The notes beneath the pieces are model-generated. The model had not been told where the DNA came from and searched no databases. It saw nothing but the letters and a program-made list of their open reading frames with translations. Positions 48,659 to 60,332 of a stretch of DNA of 64,000 nucleotides are shown piece after piece (position 1 is the first letter of the stretch; each line of letters starts with the position of its first letter). The translations under genes and the position numbers were made by a program. Source of the DNA: Asterionella formosa (taxonomy: Eukaryota); assembly GCA_002256025.1 (NCBI GenBank), contig NKIB01012688.1:1-64000 (forward strand). The letters run 5' to 3'.

Positions 48659-50119
48659 CTTGGAGGTCTGCTAGGCGAAGGGTAGCCAAAACTACCGGTA
48701 ATGGAAGAGAGTTTGTCAGGTGATGGTCAGTCCCGATCAAAAATATCATGTTCTTTCATTTTATATTCATCCTTCATATTTGAGGGGAATGTGACTACCG
48801 GTACCGGGTATAATTAGCGGTACCAGTTACCAGGTACCAGGTACCAAATACTTCAGCACAGTCACAAAACAATCCCTAGTCCAAATAACAGTACCGGTAC
48901 ATCAGAAATAGATGTATAAATAATTCAATTTAAAGAACAATTTTATTAGGCAGATTTGGAGTGCTCATTTCATTTCAGCTGAATAAAATAATTCAGCTGA
49001 AATGACATGACAAAACCAAGCTGGGGAGATGGGAGATATTGAAATTGCCATGACCAAGCTAGTGAGGCGGGTTTCACATTAAAGGGCTGATTATTCAGCT
49101 GCCAAGACTGAGTCGGCCCTGTGTGTCATTGGGTATGTGCATTGACTGGTATGTTATTTATTGGTACTGGTAGTAGGATACAAAGTACCGGGTGGTGTCA
49201 TGTCCCCATGCTGTATTGCCATGGTGGTTATACTCTGATACCAGGTCTATGTGGAAACGTATAAAACCAAATGTCTGGGAATAATCATGGGGAATCCAGT
49301 TGTGGTTACTTTGTCTGTGGTGGACATATGGAGCTTCAGGCCTATCATGGGAGGGGGGGGGGGGGGGTTGGGGGGGGGGGGGGTGGTGTGGGTGGGGCGG
49401 TGCCACTAGCTTCCTTTTTATGGATGCTGGAGGCATAGTGATAAGTGAGGGTGTTTGTAGTGTCTGAATAGAAGCCCTGTTATCCTAAGAGGTCTAGTAT
49501 TAAACTGTGTGGGAACTAACTGTGTGGTTAAGTGAGTGTACTGACGAGCTCTTTTGCCTTCGTTTTTGTGTGTGTGTTTGCTTGCTTGCTTTTTTGTTTC
49601 TTTGTTATGAATCTGTGCTAGTGTGATGCCTTATTGTGGCATGCAATGTGCCTGTATATAATGAATTCGGCTAGTGGTATTGAATTTACATCATGATGTA
49701 GAAAGACGAGATTATGCTTCGTCATGCTGTGGGAAAAGGCCTAGGCTCTCTTTATCCCCTTGTAGCTTAAGAAAGGTGGAGATGCAGCCAGGATGATATC
49801 GACTGGCTCATTATGTCACTAAATGACGGCTGTGAGACCCACTGAATTGTGTGGCATAATGTTCCTTATTCATGTTAATTGTGGGTGTTTTGTTGTTGAA
49901 TCCTCATCCCTGACAATCTGGGTGATGTTCTATGAACTACCTATTATAATCTGGGATCAACCACCTATGATAGTCCGGGAAAGGTCCTGATTAAATACAG
50001 ATGTTATGAAATTATCATGAAAAATTGGCCCTGGCTGCTAAAAAAGGCCTTCCCATGGTCCAATTCTGTCCAATCTGCAAAACAATGAGACAACTATATT
50101 TGAGCATGATCTGCATATG

Positions 50120-50262
50120 TTAACCCTTTCCTGTCACTTGGCTCATCCTTCAACCATCGCAACCACTTCCTTGTAGGAATTAGATATGACATATGGCTTA
50201 TTGTTAGTATTTACTTTGGAATGTGCTCATTTGCACTTATGTCTTCATTTGCTTTTGCCTTT
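50120..50262. repeat. Dispersed repeat, second copy at ~60105-60250
   Basis: Both contain AACCCT.TCCTG.CA.TTGGCT..TCC.TCAACCATC.CAACCACTTCCTTG.AGGA.TTA; probably a decayed TE, family not identified. Confidence 0.7.
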
Positions 50263-50805
50263 TGTCTCACCAACAAACTTTCAAAAGAATCATATGCTTG
50301 CATCCAGCTGGATTATTCTACTATGAATCCTGCCTAGAATAGATAACAAACAGTGCAGTATTGATTCCATTAAAATTTGTTGACTCTAGGCAGATCATAG
50401 CTTTTATGTAAGGATGATTAAACCTAGCCTTTTCTTGCATGTTTACAGATAATTGTCTTACAGTCCGAAAAAATGAATCGAAAGTTGTTGTGTGATTTCC
50501 CTGAAATGTTGCTGACTGTCTAGTAACAGTTATTCAGTACAACGAATGACCAAATACCAACACTGAGTGAAGTGTTCTCATTTTAAATTTGCAAAGTTCA
50601 GCCTGTCCATCCTTGTAGATCATAGTTAAACAGTGACTCTACTTATTACAGCAAATTTCTTCTTGGAAACTTGTCTAATCATCCAACACATTGTGCTTGG
50701 ACACAATGACCAACCTACCTCCACCATGAACAACTACATTGGTGCATAGTCAGGATTTTCTCATCAATGGTGTTGTCAATGATGGAATCCTGGATTCAGT
50801 TTTCA

Positions 50806-52908
50806 TCAATTTCCTACAATCTGCTTGATAGGTCGAAAGGTAAACAAAGGATGCTCAACATCATGTGTATGCACATCCAAGTTATTCAATTGAATCAAAT
50901 ACAGTGGTCCAGCACCTGTCTTACTGATTGCCGTTGACGCCGATTGTGATTCTGCAGGGTTGTCACTATCTATATTGCTCTGGGCCTCAATTGCGTCAAT
51001 CAGATGCTTCTTGATTGTTACCTCTGAGAGCTCAACATTATTTAGCTTCATAATCAATTTGTCGGCCATTTTGTTATTTAATCTCAGTCTTTTTGTTGGA
51101 GATTTGCCCTGCTCTTGTGTCCATTCGCTCTTTCGCTTGCGCATGCCTTCCAAAATGCCAAAGAGTGAGCGACTGACATCAGGAACATATTTTAATAACC
51201 GAGATTTTCGTTCCTTGATATCCTTCAGGGCATGCTTCTTCGTGAGATGAGCTCGCAGTTGTTGGCAACACGACTGAAGAGCTCGCTTGACAGATGATTG
51301 GATTTCAGTAATATCATCCCCAATGTATTCTTTTCCAGTTCCTTTGAACGGTACTTTTGTCGACACTATACTGACAAATACACCAATCTTATCTCGCTTG
51401 TGATCCATTTTATAAGAGGACCACTTGATTTTTGATTGCGCAACACGTGTGGCGACGTCAGCGCCGGCTTCAAATAGTAGAGGAATCCTGTTGGCAAATC
51501 GGATAACAGTAATACCTTCCTTTACGTCCTTGCCACCAATACTGACTGCCGCTTCTACCAGAAAAGGATGACCCTCATAAGCGCCAGGTTTATCACGGGC
51601 AGTAGCCACCAGGTCGGGCTCCAGAACTTTACGAATACCCAAATTCAGATTGTATTCCCCAAGTGGTGAAAGACATGCGCCATCAGGGGCCTTGAAGAGT
51701 TCGACGGATCGAAGCATTTGAACGAGCTTGGTAATTTGCTTATCGGTTACACTTTCGGGCTCCAAGTCCTCGTCCCAATTCAACTCTGCCAGGAGGCGTC
51801 TGGCAACTGAAGGGGAAACTGACGATAGATCACCAGTGAGAAATTTAAAAATATTCTTGTACTTTGTTTTCTCGAGCAGCTGTTGGACAAGAAGATTATT
51901 GACACTCGAAGGATGATGCTTGACTTCTCGAGCGGGAGGCGGCATCTGCTCGGACCGCCGGTCATACCGAATCTGCATATTCTTCTTGATGTCAGACTTG
52001 TTGGTATAGTGCAGCTCCAACTGAGCATAAGGAGTAATAATAGCAAGTTGCTGCAAATATTGTACAATACGGGCCTTGTAAGTTGTCCAATTACCAGCAA
52101 TGAGCACCTCAAACTTGGTTCCTGTCCAATTGTCAATGTTCGGCTTCTTCGAATGCTCGATAATTCGAGGAGCATTCTTGTAGATATCAATGTCCAGAAC
52201 GCAGGTCGATACGTGAGTTGGATTCTCGCCCGGAGTATGCATGTGCGCTGTTGTGATTGTTATTGGTACACCTGTGCTCTTCTTACTCCAAATCAATGCC
52301 ATTTTGGCTCCCAACCCAAACTTCCCCCTGGTCTGGCGGACTCCGTATTTGCTACCAGAAAGAACTCTACCCAGCAAGTCGGGTATAGCATTATGCTCCA
52401 TTCCGCAACCATTGTCTTTAACTGCAATGCGAAAGTAGGATTCTTCGTTACGGCGCTTGGACGGCTTGGGAGTAGTCGTCGATAGTTTATTTGACGATTC
52501 AACAGGGTCGTCGGGCTTGGTAGGTTCTTTCTTATTTGCCTGATTCAAAGCATCTTCGTCTTCCAAATCGCCGCTATCTGTAACAGCAGCAGAAGCAGCA
52601 TTATCCCCAAAACTCTTTCTACCGCCTTTCTTCTCAAACAATCCCTTGTCTTTACGGCCTGATTTACTAGGGCTCGCTAGTCCCCTCACCACATTGAATT
52701 CTCCCTGGGTTAATTCTTCAATCTCAATAGATATCGTGGGCAGCATACCGACACTTTCACAAGCATCTAGAGAGTTCTCCACAAGCTCTCTCAACGTCGT
52801 GTAGAGAGACTTTCCAAGATTGTCGAAGCCAGCAATCGCTTGATTTTCTGCAAAAAACTCTGCTGGGGATTTTTGAAGTTGGATTTCTTGTTTGTGTTTG
52901 GGTGGCAT
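50806..52908 (-). CDS. TOP6B: DNA topoisomerase VI subunit B
   Basis: KSPAEFFAENQAIAGFDN; GHKL motifs RELVENSLDA, DNGCGM, QTRGKFGLG, GTKF; transducer RFANRIPLLFEAG, STKVPFKGTGKEYI. Confidence 0.97.
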   Translation of the reverse strand: MPPKHKQEIQLQKSPAEFFAENQAIAGFDNLGKSLYTTLRELVENSLDACESVGMLPTISIEIEELTQGEFNVVRGLASPSKSGRKDKGLFEKKGGRKSFGDNAASAAVTDSGDLEDEDALNQANKKEPTKPDDPVESSNKLSTTTPKPSKRRNEESYFRIAVKDNGCGMEHNAIPDLLGRVLSGSKYGVRQTRGKFGLGAKMALIWSKKSTGVPITITTAHMHTPGENPTHVSTCVLDIDIYKNAPRIIEHSKKPNIDNWTGTKFEVLIAGNWTTYKARIVQYLQQLAIITPYAQLELHYTNKSDIKKNMQIRYDRRSEQMPPPAREVKHHPSSVNNLLVQQLLEKTKYKNIFKFLTGDLSSVSPSVARRLLAELNWDEDLEPESVTDKQITKLVQMLRSVELFKAPDGACLSPLGEYNLNLGIRKVLEPDLVATARDKPGAYEGHPFLVEAAVSIGGKDVKEGITVIRFANRIPLLFEAGADVATRVAQSKIKWSSYKMDHKRDKIGVFVSIVSTKVPFKGTGKEYIGDDITEIQSSVKRALQSCCQQLRAHLTKKHALKDIKERKSRLLKYVPDVSRSLFGILEGMRKRKSEWTQEQGKSPTKRLRLNNKMADKLIMKLNNVELSEVTIKKHLIDAIEAQSNIDSDNPAESQSASTAISKTGAGPLYLIQLNNLDVHTHDVEHPLFTFRPIKQIVGN

Positions 52909-53169
52909 TTTGCGTGATCAAGGCAATACTAATAGCTAGGAACCTTGATGGAAGGAAGGAATGGCAGAATGCCTTCGGATTTACAAACAGAGAACGATGT
53001 ACATCAATTGTGTCGATTACTGAATCTCAAAATGCAAACATTGTGTTCCACGAAAGTACCCGGTAGCATTGTTGTATACGGTAATGGGCGCGCTCTGAAT
53101 ATTAAAAAATTACATCATGTGCGTATGAAATACACAAATTATTTTTCTGATGTGCTCCATACCGGTAAA

Positions 53170-53660
53170 ATAATATGTGATAAACTTGTTTCTTTTTTCG
53201 CCTGATGGCAAAATCCACTGTTCTTAGCATTTCAATCCACCTGGAGTTCTCCATGACTCCACCATGGCGATTTGGTCATCAATCTATGATCAAATTGAAA
53301 TGGTTAACAGGGATACAGGTAAAATAGTTGAGGATTCATTCAGCATTTGCATCATCTAAGAAATCAAATGCAAAGCTGAGATCCCATCAAAATAATGTTG
53401 ATGCAAATGGTAATCATACTCAAGATCGATTTGTTGTAAACCATCAAGCAAGTTCAGTCAGGAAGTTGTCGTAATAGGGAATGCAATGCCCCTCTGGGGC
53501 TTCAGGGGTCTTTCACTAGGATGAAAGATAAATTTCCTTATAAAGAGAAAGGTGAAAGAAAACGTATCCTACAAATGATTGTGTTGCATTACAATTTTCG
53601 ATCTAGTAAAGTTGGTCAGAATCAAATTGCTTCTGTTTGCATGCCTTATTTGCATTGAAT
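53170..53660 (+). pseudogene. C-terminal half of a Harbinger-type transposase, decayed
   Basis: Across frames: NLFLFSPDGKI, PGVLHDSTMA, KIV.DS(AF), SVRKLS, RMKDKF, GERKRILQMIVLHYNFRSSKVGQNQIASVCMPYL. Confidence 0.7.
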
Positions 53661-53699
53661 TGCTAACAGAAATGCATTTTGATTCTTAGATATAAATGA

Positions 53700-54020
53700 A
53701 GTCATCATTGAGATCTACACCAAGTTCAGACAGATGAATCAACCTCTCCACTTGCATCTGCTGCTTTTGATTTTTTCGAAATTATTGTCTTGTTTTGCGT
53801 ACCTGACCTCAGGAGGACAAGCTGGTGGGTCACCTGTTTTTTGACCTTGCTTGTGAAGCTGAGAAAATTTTCGCCAAATTGAAGTTCTAGCTAGTTAGAT
53901 CCTTGTCTGAAAATTTTTCGTTGTGTCCAGCAGCAACACTTTCCCATTCGTGGGATCCAATTGGCAGATGGCTCAAGAAAGAATCCAACAATGACATAAA
54001 CTCATTGAGCACTAGAGCTT
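53700..54020 (-). pseudogene. Relic of a DUF6818-like transposon accessory protein
   Basis: MSLLDSFLSHLPIGSHEWESVAAGHNEKF...RTSIWRKFSQLHK..TGDPPACPPEVRYAK; homologous to 13990-14310. Confidence 0.65.
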
Positions 54021-56259
54021 GTCAACCCAACTTTGTAATGACTTTGTATGCGAAACAATTTGCTACTGGTATTGAATAATTTAGCGGATCAACTCCTTGT
54101 CCGTGAGGGAGTGTATCCACCCTTTTTCCCTCATTCCAACACACAAAGTCACCATGTATCTTGGGTTGATATTGGGTTAGTGAGTTTTCAACAACACCTA
54201 GTAGGCTGGTAGCACCACGAAGTGCTACATGAGATCCCCTACTCCTAGCAATAGAATCAAATCGGTAAGTCAATCCACATTCAGTGTTTCACTGTTGTAC
54301 TCACCGATCCGCTTCAACTAGCATAACAAGCAGCAGACAATGGGATCAAAGGAAAACGAACATTACCTATTGCAAGTCAGAATAGAGAAACGGCAGGCAG
54401 TATAGAGTGAGAATTATATTTGTGAGGAGGACGAAATCGGGCACATGATACGTAAAATCAATGAATATGTGAACAATATAATTTAACATTCTGGTCTCAT
54501 AGAAATAATACCGAGTCTACAGCGATAATATTATAACATGCTCAAAGTTAGCGTTAAAGTTTAGCTTAAACCATGTATGGTTGTTTCGAGTACCACGTAC
54601 GTATGTAGGCTAAAAAAGATGACTACCGGTAGAATATCTGTTAAGCATCATGCATAACCGGAGCAAACACTTGCCACCAACATCAGATGTATCAATATCA
54701 TCATTTGTCCATCGAAATATAGACAATGCGACTACATGAATTCCTCGAGAAGACAAGCGATCCAACAACCAACCGCATCCATTAGACAACGAATCGCTAC
54801 TGGCGTCATAACTGAACTGATTTCGCTTCAAGCCAGCCATGATGGACGACGCACAATTGGCATGGTGAAAGGTGAATTCCGGAATTCACTTTTCAGGAGA
54901 CGAGCAAAAAAGAGGTGAATTCTAGATATGTATGTTATTAAAATCTGTAGAATATAAAAAATTGTTTCCTTAAGTAGACCCCTTGCCAATTTCGGTAATC
55001 CCAGGGCTGGAAAACCAAGGGGCAATCGGCACAAATTGTAATGCCAAAATGCAAACATAGGAAACATACAAAATATATTTTTTAATGGTGGGCAATATCA
55101 GACCCATTGCAACTTTCGCTGGGAAGATAGGAAATATATTTTATATGATGGGCTATAGTGAGCTAAAAATGACATTTGCACTCAATGAGTGGGTAGTAGG
55201 TAAGCAAATGGCACGACGATAGCTAGTTTGTGAATTGCCTCAACAATCGGTGGCTACATGTCTTCTTGTACACATGTGTACTTGCAGGCATGAGACCACC
55301 TCAGGCATGTATTGTCTTCAGCACTTAATAACAAATGAGGTTAATATATAGAATTCGACTTGGCAGGAATTATTTTTATTTTAGGGTCAAACTTATTCCC
55401 CCAATCTCAAACACCCCCCCCCCCCTCCCCCCCAATCATAGCAAGGTCCGGAAACTGGATTTTCAGAAAATCTTTCTTCGAAATTAGATCTTAATAAAAT
55501 TGAAATTAATTGGCCAGCTCGAAACCTGTTGGAAATTCTAAATGTTTAAGTTGACTTTTGACCCATAATGTAGAATAGGTCGTTTTGATCACAAAAAAGC
55601 GGAATTTTTGAAAGTTCAGGAAAATTGCAAGTGTGGTTTCATGCCGTTTCTTTACCACGCCATACACGATTCCTGGAACTGAAGTCAAAGTTACATACCG
55701 GTACATGCATTGTCTTTCCTGAAGCAACGTATTATTATTAGTCTTATGCATGCTGTATTATGGTTTTTGCGGGTTGGAAGAGTTCAACTACGGCAATAAT
55801 AGTCCATGTACCGGTATATATTTTGTTGAATCATGTTATGAATTGATGACGATCTCTGACATTTCGATACCTGACTAATTAGCACCTGTCCGGCGACACG
55901 TGCGTTGTCTGATTCAGGAAAATGACCGCAGCTTGCTGTATCGATGACAGCATGTCTCATCATGTTGCACCCACCATCAGCCGAAGAATGCATTGAACTT
56001 ACCGGTACTATTATTATCCCTTTTATTAGAACAAGAACAAACGAATGCATCTCATTGAGTTTTCGGATACATTCCCCATACTGGGATCAAGATATTAGAA
56101 CAAACGAAGCAAGCAACGAATGCATCTGATTGACTTTTCTATTTATCTCCGCCACCCTGACTACCGTTGGCCTTCTGGACAACTACCCGATATATAGATA
56201 CATCCATTGATAGCTTTTATCTCTCACGCTCGCACAAGGTCGCCTTTGTTGACGAGACC

Positions 56260-59200
56260 ATGTCCTTCATCCTTCCTCATTCGCCTCTGGGGGATTCTCT
56301 CAAGTTACACCAACAACAACAACAACAACAACAAGACACGGTGGAAACCATTACTATTGTTGTGCCAAACAAGAGCACAACAAGGAGGTCAGCGATGGAT
56401 GGCGACGACGGAACGGACGATGGAACGATGAGTGTCATTAGTTCCTTGTCATTCGACGACGACTTTTATTGCGAGCAATCCGCCATTTGCGTCAAACGTA
56501 CTGGTGCTATTTACGGCAGAACCAAAGAAGTTGACATATTATTGGAAACGTTCCAACGAGTCAGAAACGGACCTTCGGAAGTGATTGCTATTTCAGGCGA
56601 AGCAGGCTCTGGCAAGAGCCAAGTCGTGGAGGCCATTCGTGAGCCTGTGACTTTAGAATTTAATGGATACTTCGTCATGGGCAAGTTTGACCAGCTTAGG
56701 TTGGACGAGCCGTATAGTGCGATTGTGAACGCTTTCCAAGACTTGACAGAGTTCATCAGCCTGTCGGAACATGTCGAACAACGGCGAGAAGAAATTGGCG
56801 CTGCGCTCGGGGCGGATGCTGCCTTGCTTTGCAATTTAATACCAGGTCTTTCCAAGTTAATTAACATTGGTGGTCCATCAGGACAACACGATGAAGTGCG
56901 AGAAGAGAGGAGGAATAGTTTCGATAAACTCACATTGGCCTGTCGAACTCTTCTTGATACAATTGCAACCAAAGAGAATCCGCTATGTTTCTTCCTTGAT
57001 GACATTCAATGGGCTGATGCAGCATCCATGTTATTGATTCAGACTCTCATTTCGAATGTCAACAGCAATCATGTTCTACTAGTTTTTGCGTATCGGGATA
57101 ACGTACCAAACGTGGTTAAGGACATTGAGGGAATCTTGAATGGATTCCAAAATAGCCGTGAAATGATCACAACAAAAATGTCAATTTATAATATTGATGT
57201 TGAGTCTATCAATCTCTTGATATGCAATCGATTGAATATGACCAATTCTGATGAATCATTGGCATTGAGTGAATGCGTTTGGAAGAAAACTTTGGGAAAT
57301 CCTTTCTTTGTCCTGGAATTTCTGGATGAGTTACTTGCCCGAGGTTTCATGATTCGAATTGGCACATGTTGGGAGATTGATATTGAGAGAATCCAAACTG
57401 AGACAGATATTTCTACAAATGTTGCAACCATTATCTATGAAAAGTTGCAACGACTCCATGTTCATGTCAGGACAGTGCTCACATTTGCTGCATATATTGG
57501 GTTTGAGTTCCGATGCAATGTACTGGAAGCAATTGTGGTATCTGAACACAATTCTAGTACTCCTATATTTTCTCGATTTGAAATGGCCGATTATGGCATT
57601 TCAGGACAAATCTCAAAGGATCATTACCATAAATGGGTGAAAGGAATCCTTCATATTGCCATTGCAGCGGGACTAATTGAAACGAGTGATCATGCCGGAA
57701 AAACCATGAAATTTGTTCATGACTATCCCCAAACTATTCTGTATAATTCAATTCCAAAATGCACTGCACGATCAAGGATACACATGCGAATTGGTCGAGG
57801 TATGAGAGAAAGCATGCTCAATGGATCAAGTGAAATTATTTTTGCAATAGTTCACCATCTCAACCATGCGTCATCGTGCATGAGTGCAGAATGGGAACTA
57901 GTTGACTTAGCAAGACTTAACCTTGAGGCAGCAGAGTTGGCAATAAAGAAGAAATTTGCTTTCTTGAATGCTTCAGAGTACTTGCGATGTGCAATAGATC
58001 TCCTTGACGCAGAGACGATGTGGCAAAGTCATTATGGTCTCTGCCTTCAACTTCACAGTTTGTCTGCTGAAACAGAATATTGTCTTGGGAATTTTGAGCG
58101 TAGTCAGGCAATGGTAGAGTGTGTCTTGGTCAATGGACGAACAATTGAGGATAAGGCATCTGCTTACTATGCAGAGATTGATGCTCTCAATGCACAAGCA
58201 ATGCCATCGCAGTCAATTATTAAAGGGTTATCAATCTTAAGATTGCTGGGCGAAGAAATAATGCAAACAAATACAAAGATCAAGTTTGAACGTCAAATTA
58301 CCAAAATAAGGGGCATTCTTCGTGGGAAATCTGATGAGGTGATCCTCTCTCTACCAATGCTGAAAAATGACGCAAAAATCCTCATTATTACAACGATCTT
58401 AGTGAAAATCATGACAGCTACATTTTTTGCAAAGGACGAAGCTTTATTTGCATGCGTTGTTTTGCGGTTGGTTCAACTATCAATGGAGGAGGGTTTGTCG
58501 TCTGTATCACCACCTGTGTTTGCTGGGTATGCATTGATGGAATCAAAGCTTGGAAATGCAGAATGTGCCTATCGGTTTGGCATGCTCTCCCTTAACCTGA
58601 TGAAGGAACTCAGTTCACCAAAGACCACATGTCGAACCCTTACCATTGTGTGGAGCTTTGTTTTATTTTGGAAACGGCCCCTTATTGAAGCTTCCAAAGA
58701 GTTACGGGAAGCGTGTGCCATTGGAACTGATCAAGGTGACATGGAGTATGCTTGCCTTGCAGCATTTTCCTACGTCAAATTTTCATATTTTTGTGGAGAA
58801 AGTTTGCATGAACTTGAAAAGGACTGCCGGGACACGTGTGAACAAATGCGGACATTCAAGCAAGAGGGTGCATTACAGCTCACACTACAGTACTGGTGGG
58901 CTATCCTTTCCCTAATAGGAGCGGACCCTAACTACCATTACCTTTTGCAGCAAGATGGCATCACAGATGAGGCTGTGCTATCTAAAAATTCAAATTTAAA
59001 CAACAACAAGGGTGTAGTTGTAACCTGCAGGCTCATAAAGCTTGTGAATTCCATTTATGTTGGCGATCTTGGAACATCAGAGGAAATGATAACCAAGATT
59101 TCTCAAGATGAGACATATGTGAATCGGCCTCAATTATTTATACTCATGTACAAGTTCCACGCAGGGCTTGCCTTCTATGCATTGGCAGCATGCTCATCGC

Positions 59201-59571
59201 TGCACAAGAAAACTCAATATCAGCGAAGTGCTGACAAGTTTCGAAAAGATCTAATAAAGTTGAGTAAAGTGGGCTGTCCCACTGCAACAGTATTTTCCGC
59301 ACTCTTGAATGCTGAGCACACTGCTTTAGTGTCAAGAGATGCAAGCAAAGTGCTGAAAGCATACGTGCATGCTGTTCAGATTGCAGCAAGCAACGCTTTC
59401 GTTAACTATGAAGCACTTTCCAATGAACGAGCATATTTTGCTTTGCTAGATCATGGTATCAATGCTCCAATTTTTCTTAATTGTGCAATAAAATGTTACA
59501 TGGCTTGGGGTGCAGACAGGAAGGTTGAAATCCTCAGAAACAAACTTCCCACTGGCAAACAGTCAGCATGA
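56260..59571 (+). CDS. STAND-class P-loop ATPase (AAA_16-like) with helical/TPR-like C-terminus, related to the ATPase core of bacterial multi-sensor kinases
   Basis: IYGRTKE, Walker A GEAGSGKS, GKFDQ..PYSAI, Walker B FFLDDIQWAD, AYRD, GNPFFV, FVHD, AWGADRKV; intronless; poly-Q near N-terminus. Confidence 0.88.
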   Translation: MSFILPHSPLGDSLKLHQQQQQQQQDTVETITIVVPNKSTTRRSAMDGDDGTDDGTMSVISSLSFDDDFYCEQSAICVKRTGAIYGRTKEVDILLETFQRVRNGPSEVIAISGEAGSGKSQVVEAIREPVTLEFNGYFVMGKFDQLRLDEPYSAIVNAFQDLTEFISLSEHVEQRREEIGAALGADAALLCNLIPGLSKLINIGGPSGQHDEVREERRNSFDKLTLACRTLLDTIATKENPLCFFLDDIQWADAASMLLIQTLISNVNSNHVLLVFAYRDNVPNVVKDIEGILNGFQNSREMITTKMSIYNIDVESINLLICNRLNMTNSDESLALSECVWKKTLGNPFFVLEFLDELLARGFMIRIGTCWEIDIERIQTETDISTNVATIIYEKLQRLHVHVRTVLTFAAYIGFEFRCNVLEAIVVSEHNSSTPIFSRFEMADYGISGQISKDHYHKWVKGILHIAIAAGLIETSDHAGKTMKFVHDYPQTILYNSIPKCTARSRIHMRIGRGMRESMLNGSSEIIFAIVHHLNHASSCMSAEWELVDLARLNLEAAELAIKKKFAFLNASEYLRCAIDLLDAETMWQSHYGLCLQLHSLSAETEYCLGNFERSQAMVECVLVNGRTIEDKASAYYAEIDALNAQAMPSQSIIKGLSILRLLGEEIMQTNTKIKFERQITKIRGILRGKSDEVILSLPMLKNDAKILIITTILVKIMTATFFAKDEALFACVVLRLVQLSMEEGLSSVSPPVFAGYALMESKLGNAECAYRFGMLSLNLMKELSSPKTTCRTLTIVWSFVLFWKRPLIEASKELREACAIGTDQGDMEYACLAAFSYVKFSYFCGESLHELEKDCRDTCEQMRTFKQEGALQLTLQYWWAILSLIGADPNYHYLLQQDGITDEAVLSKNSNLNNNKGVVVTCRLIKLVNSIYVGDLGTSEEMITKISQDETYVNRPQLFILMYKFHAGLAFYALAACSSLHKKTQYQRSADKFRKDLIKLSKVGCPTATVFSALLNAEHTALVSRDASKVLKAYVHAVQIAASNAFVNYEALSNERAYFALLDHGINAPIFLNCAIKCYMAWGADRKVEILRNKLPTGKQSA

Positions 59572-60332
59572 GCTTTCAGACTTTTCATGCTATGGGATAC
59601 TAACATGGGCCAGCAGGTACATCAGTCTACACAGCTTACCTTGCTTGCTAAGAATTACTAGTGAGCCTTAGGTAGGGGAGAGCCAATATCATAGGGATAC
59701 AATTGTTAGTGTGTGATGCATTCAGTTGTGACTTAACACTACTATTGGCAAAATCATTCATGTTTTCTGTGTTGAGCACAAAAATATCAGTACGTAGAAT
59801 CATTATTATGCTAGCATAATGTTTCCAAATTCAACATTGCGCCCAAAATGTTCTTTGCATTTGATTCCTTCAACACTCAAAAAGGTTACAAGAAAATCAC
59901 GATGTTGACAAACAGAAAAGCAATAATACTCCTGAGTACAGAGTAACTTGGAGGACTCAAAGATACTAGCTCACATTGTTCTGACTGGGTGGGTGAAGGG
60001 ATCAGAGAAAATGGCCTAAATGGCTTAGACTGCCGTCATATGGTGGCCCAATTCCATCGAATCTGCTAAACAGAGATAATTATATCCAAGTGGAATCCAC
60101 ATGTGTAAAACCCTCTCCTGCCATTTGGCTAGTCCCTCAACCATCACAACCACTTCCTTGCAGGACTTAAATGTGATGGTTGGCTAATTGTCTGCTTTTC
60201 CTTGAGAAGCCTGCTCATCTGTACTTACGGCCTTGTTTGCTTTAGCCTTACACAAGTACCCCCGGGTGGAATCTGGAGTGTATGACATGGTAGTCTATGA
60301 AATAGGTTGACCAACTCAAGCTTGGACAAAGT

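Noticed and set aside
49158..49436. Proline-rich 92-aa ORF
   Set aside because: By-product of a poly-G tract at ~49350-49400
50806..52908. TOP6B as archaeal contamination or recent HGT
   Set aside because: Topoisomerase VI is known in plants and many algae, and the gene sits in a normal eukaryotic neighbourhood
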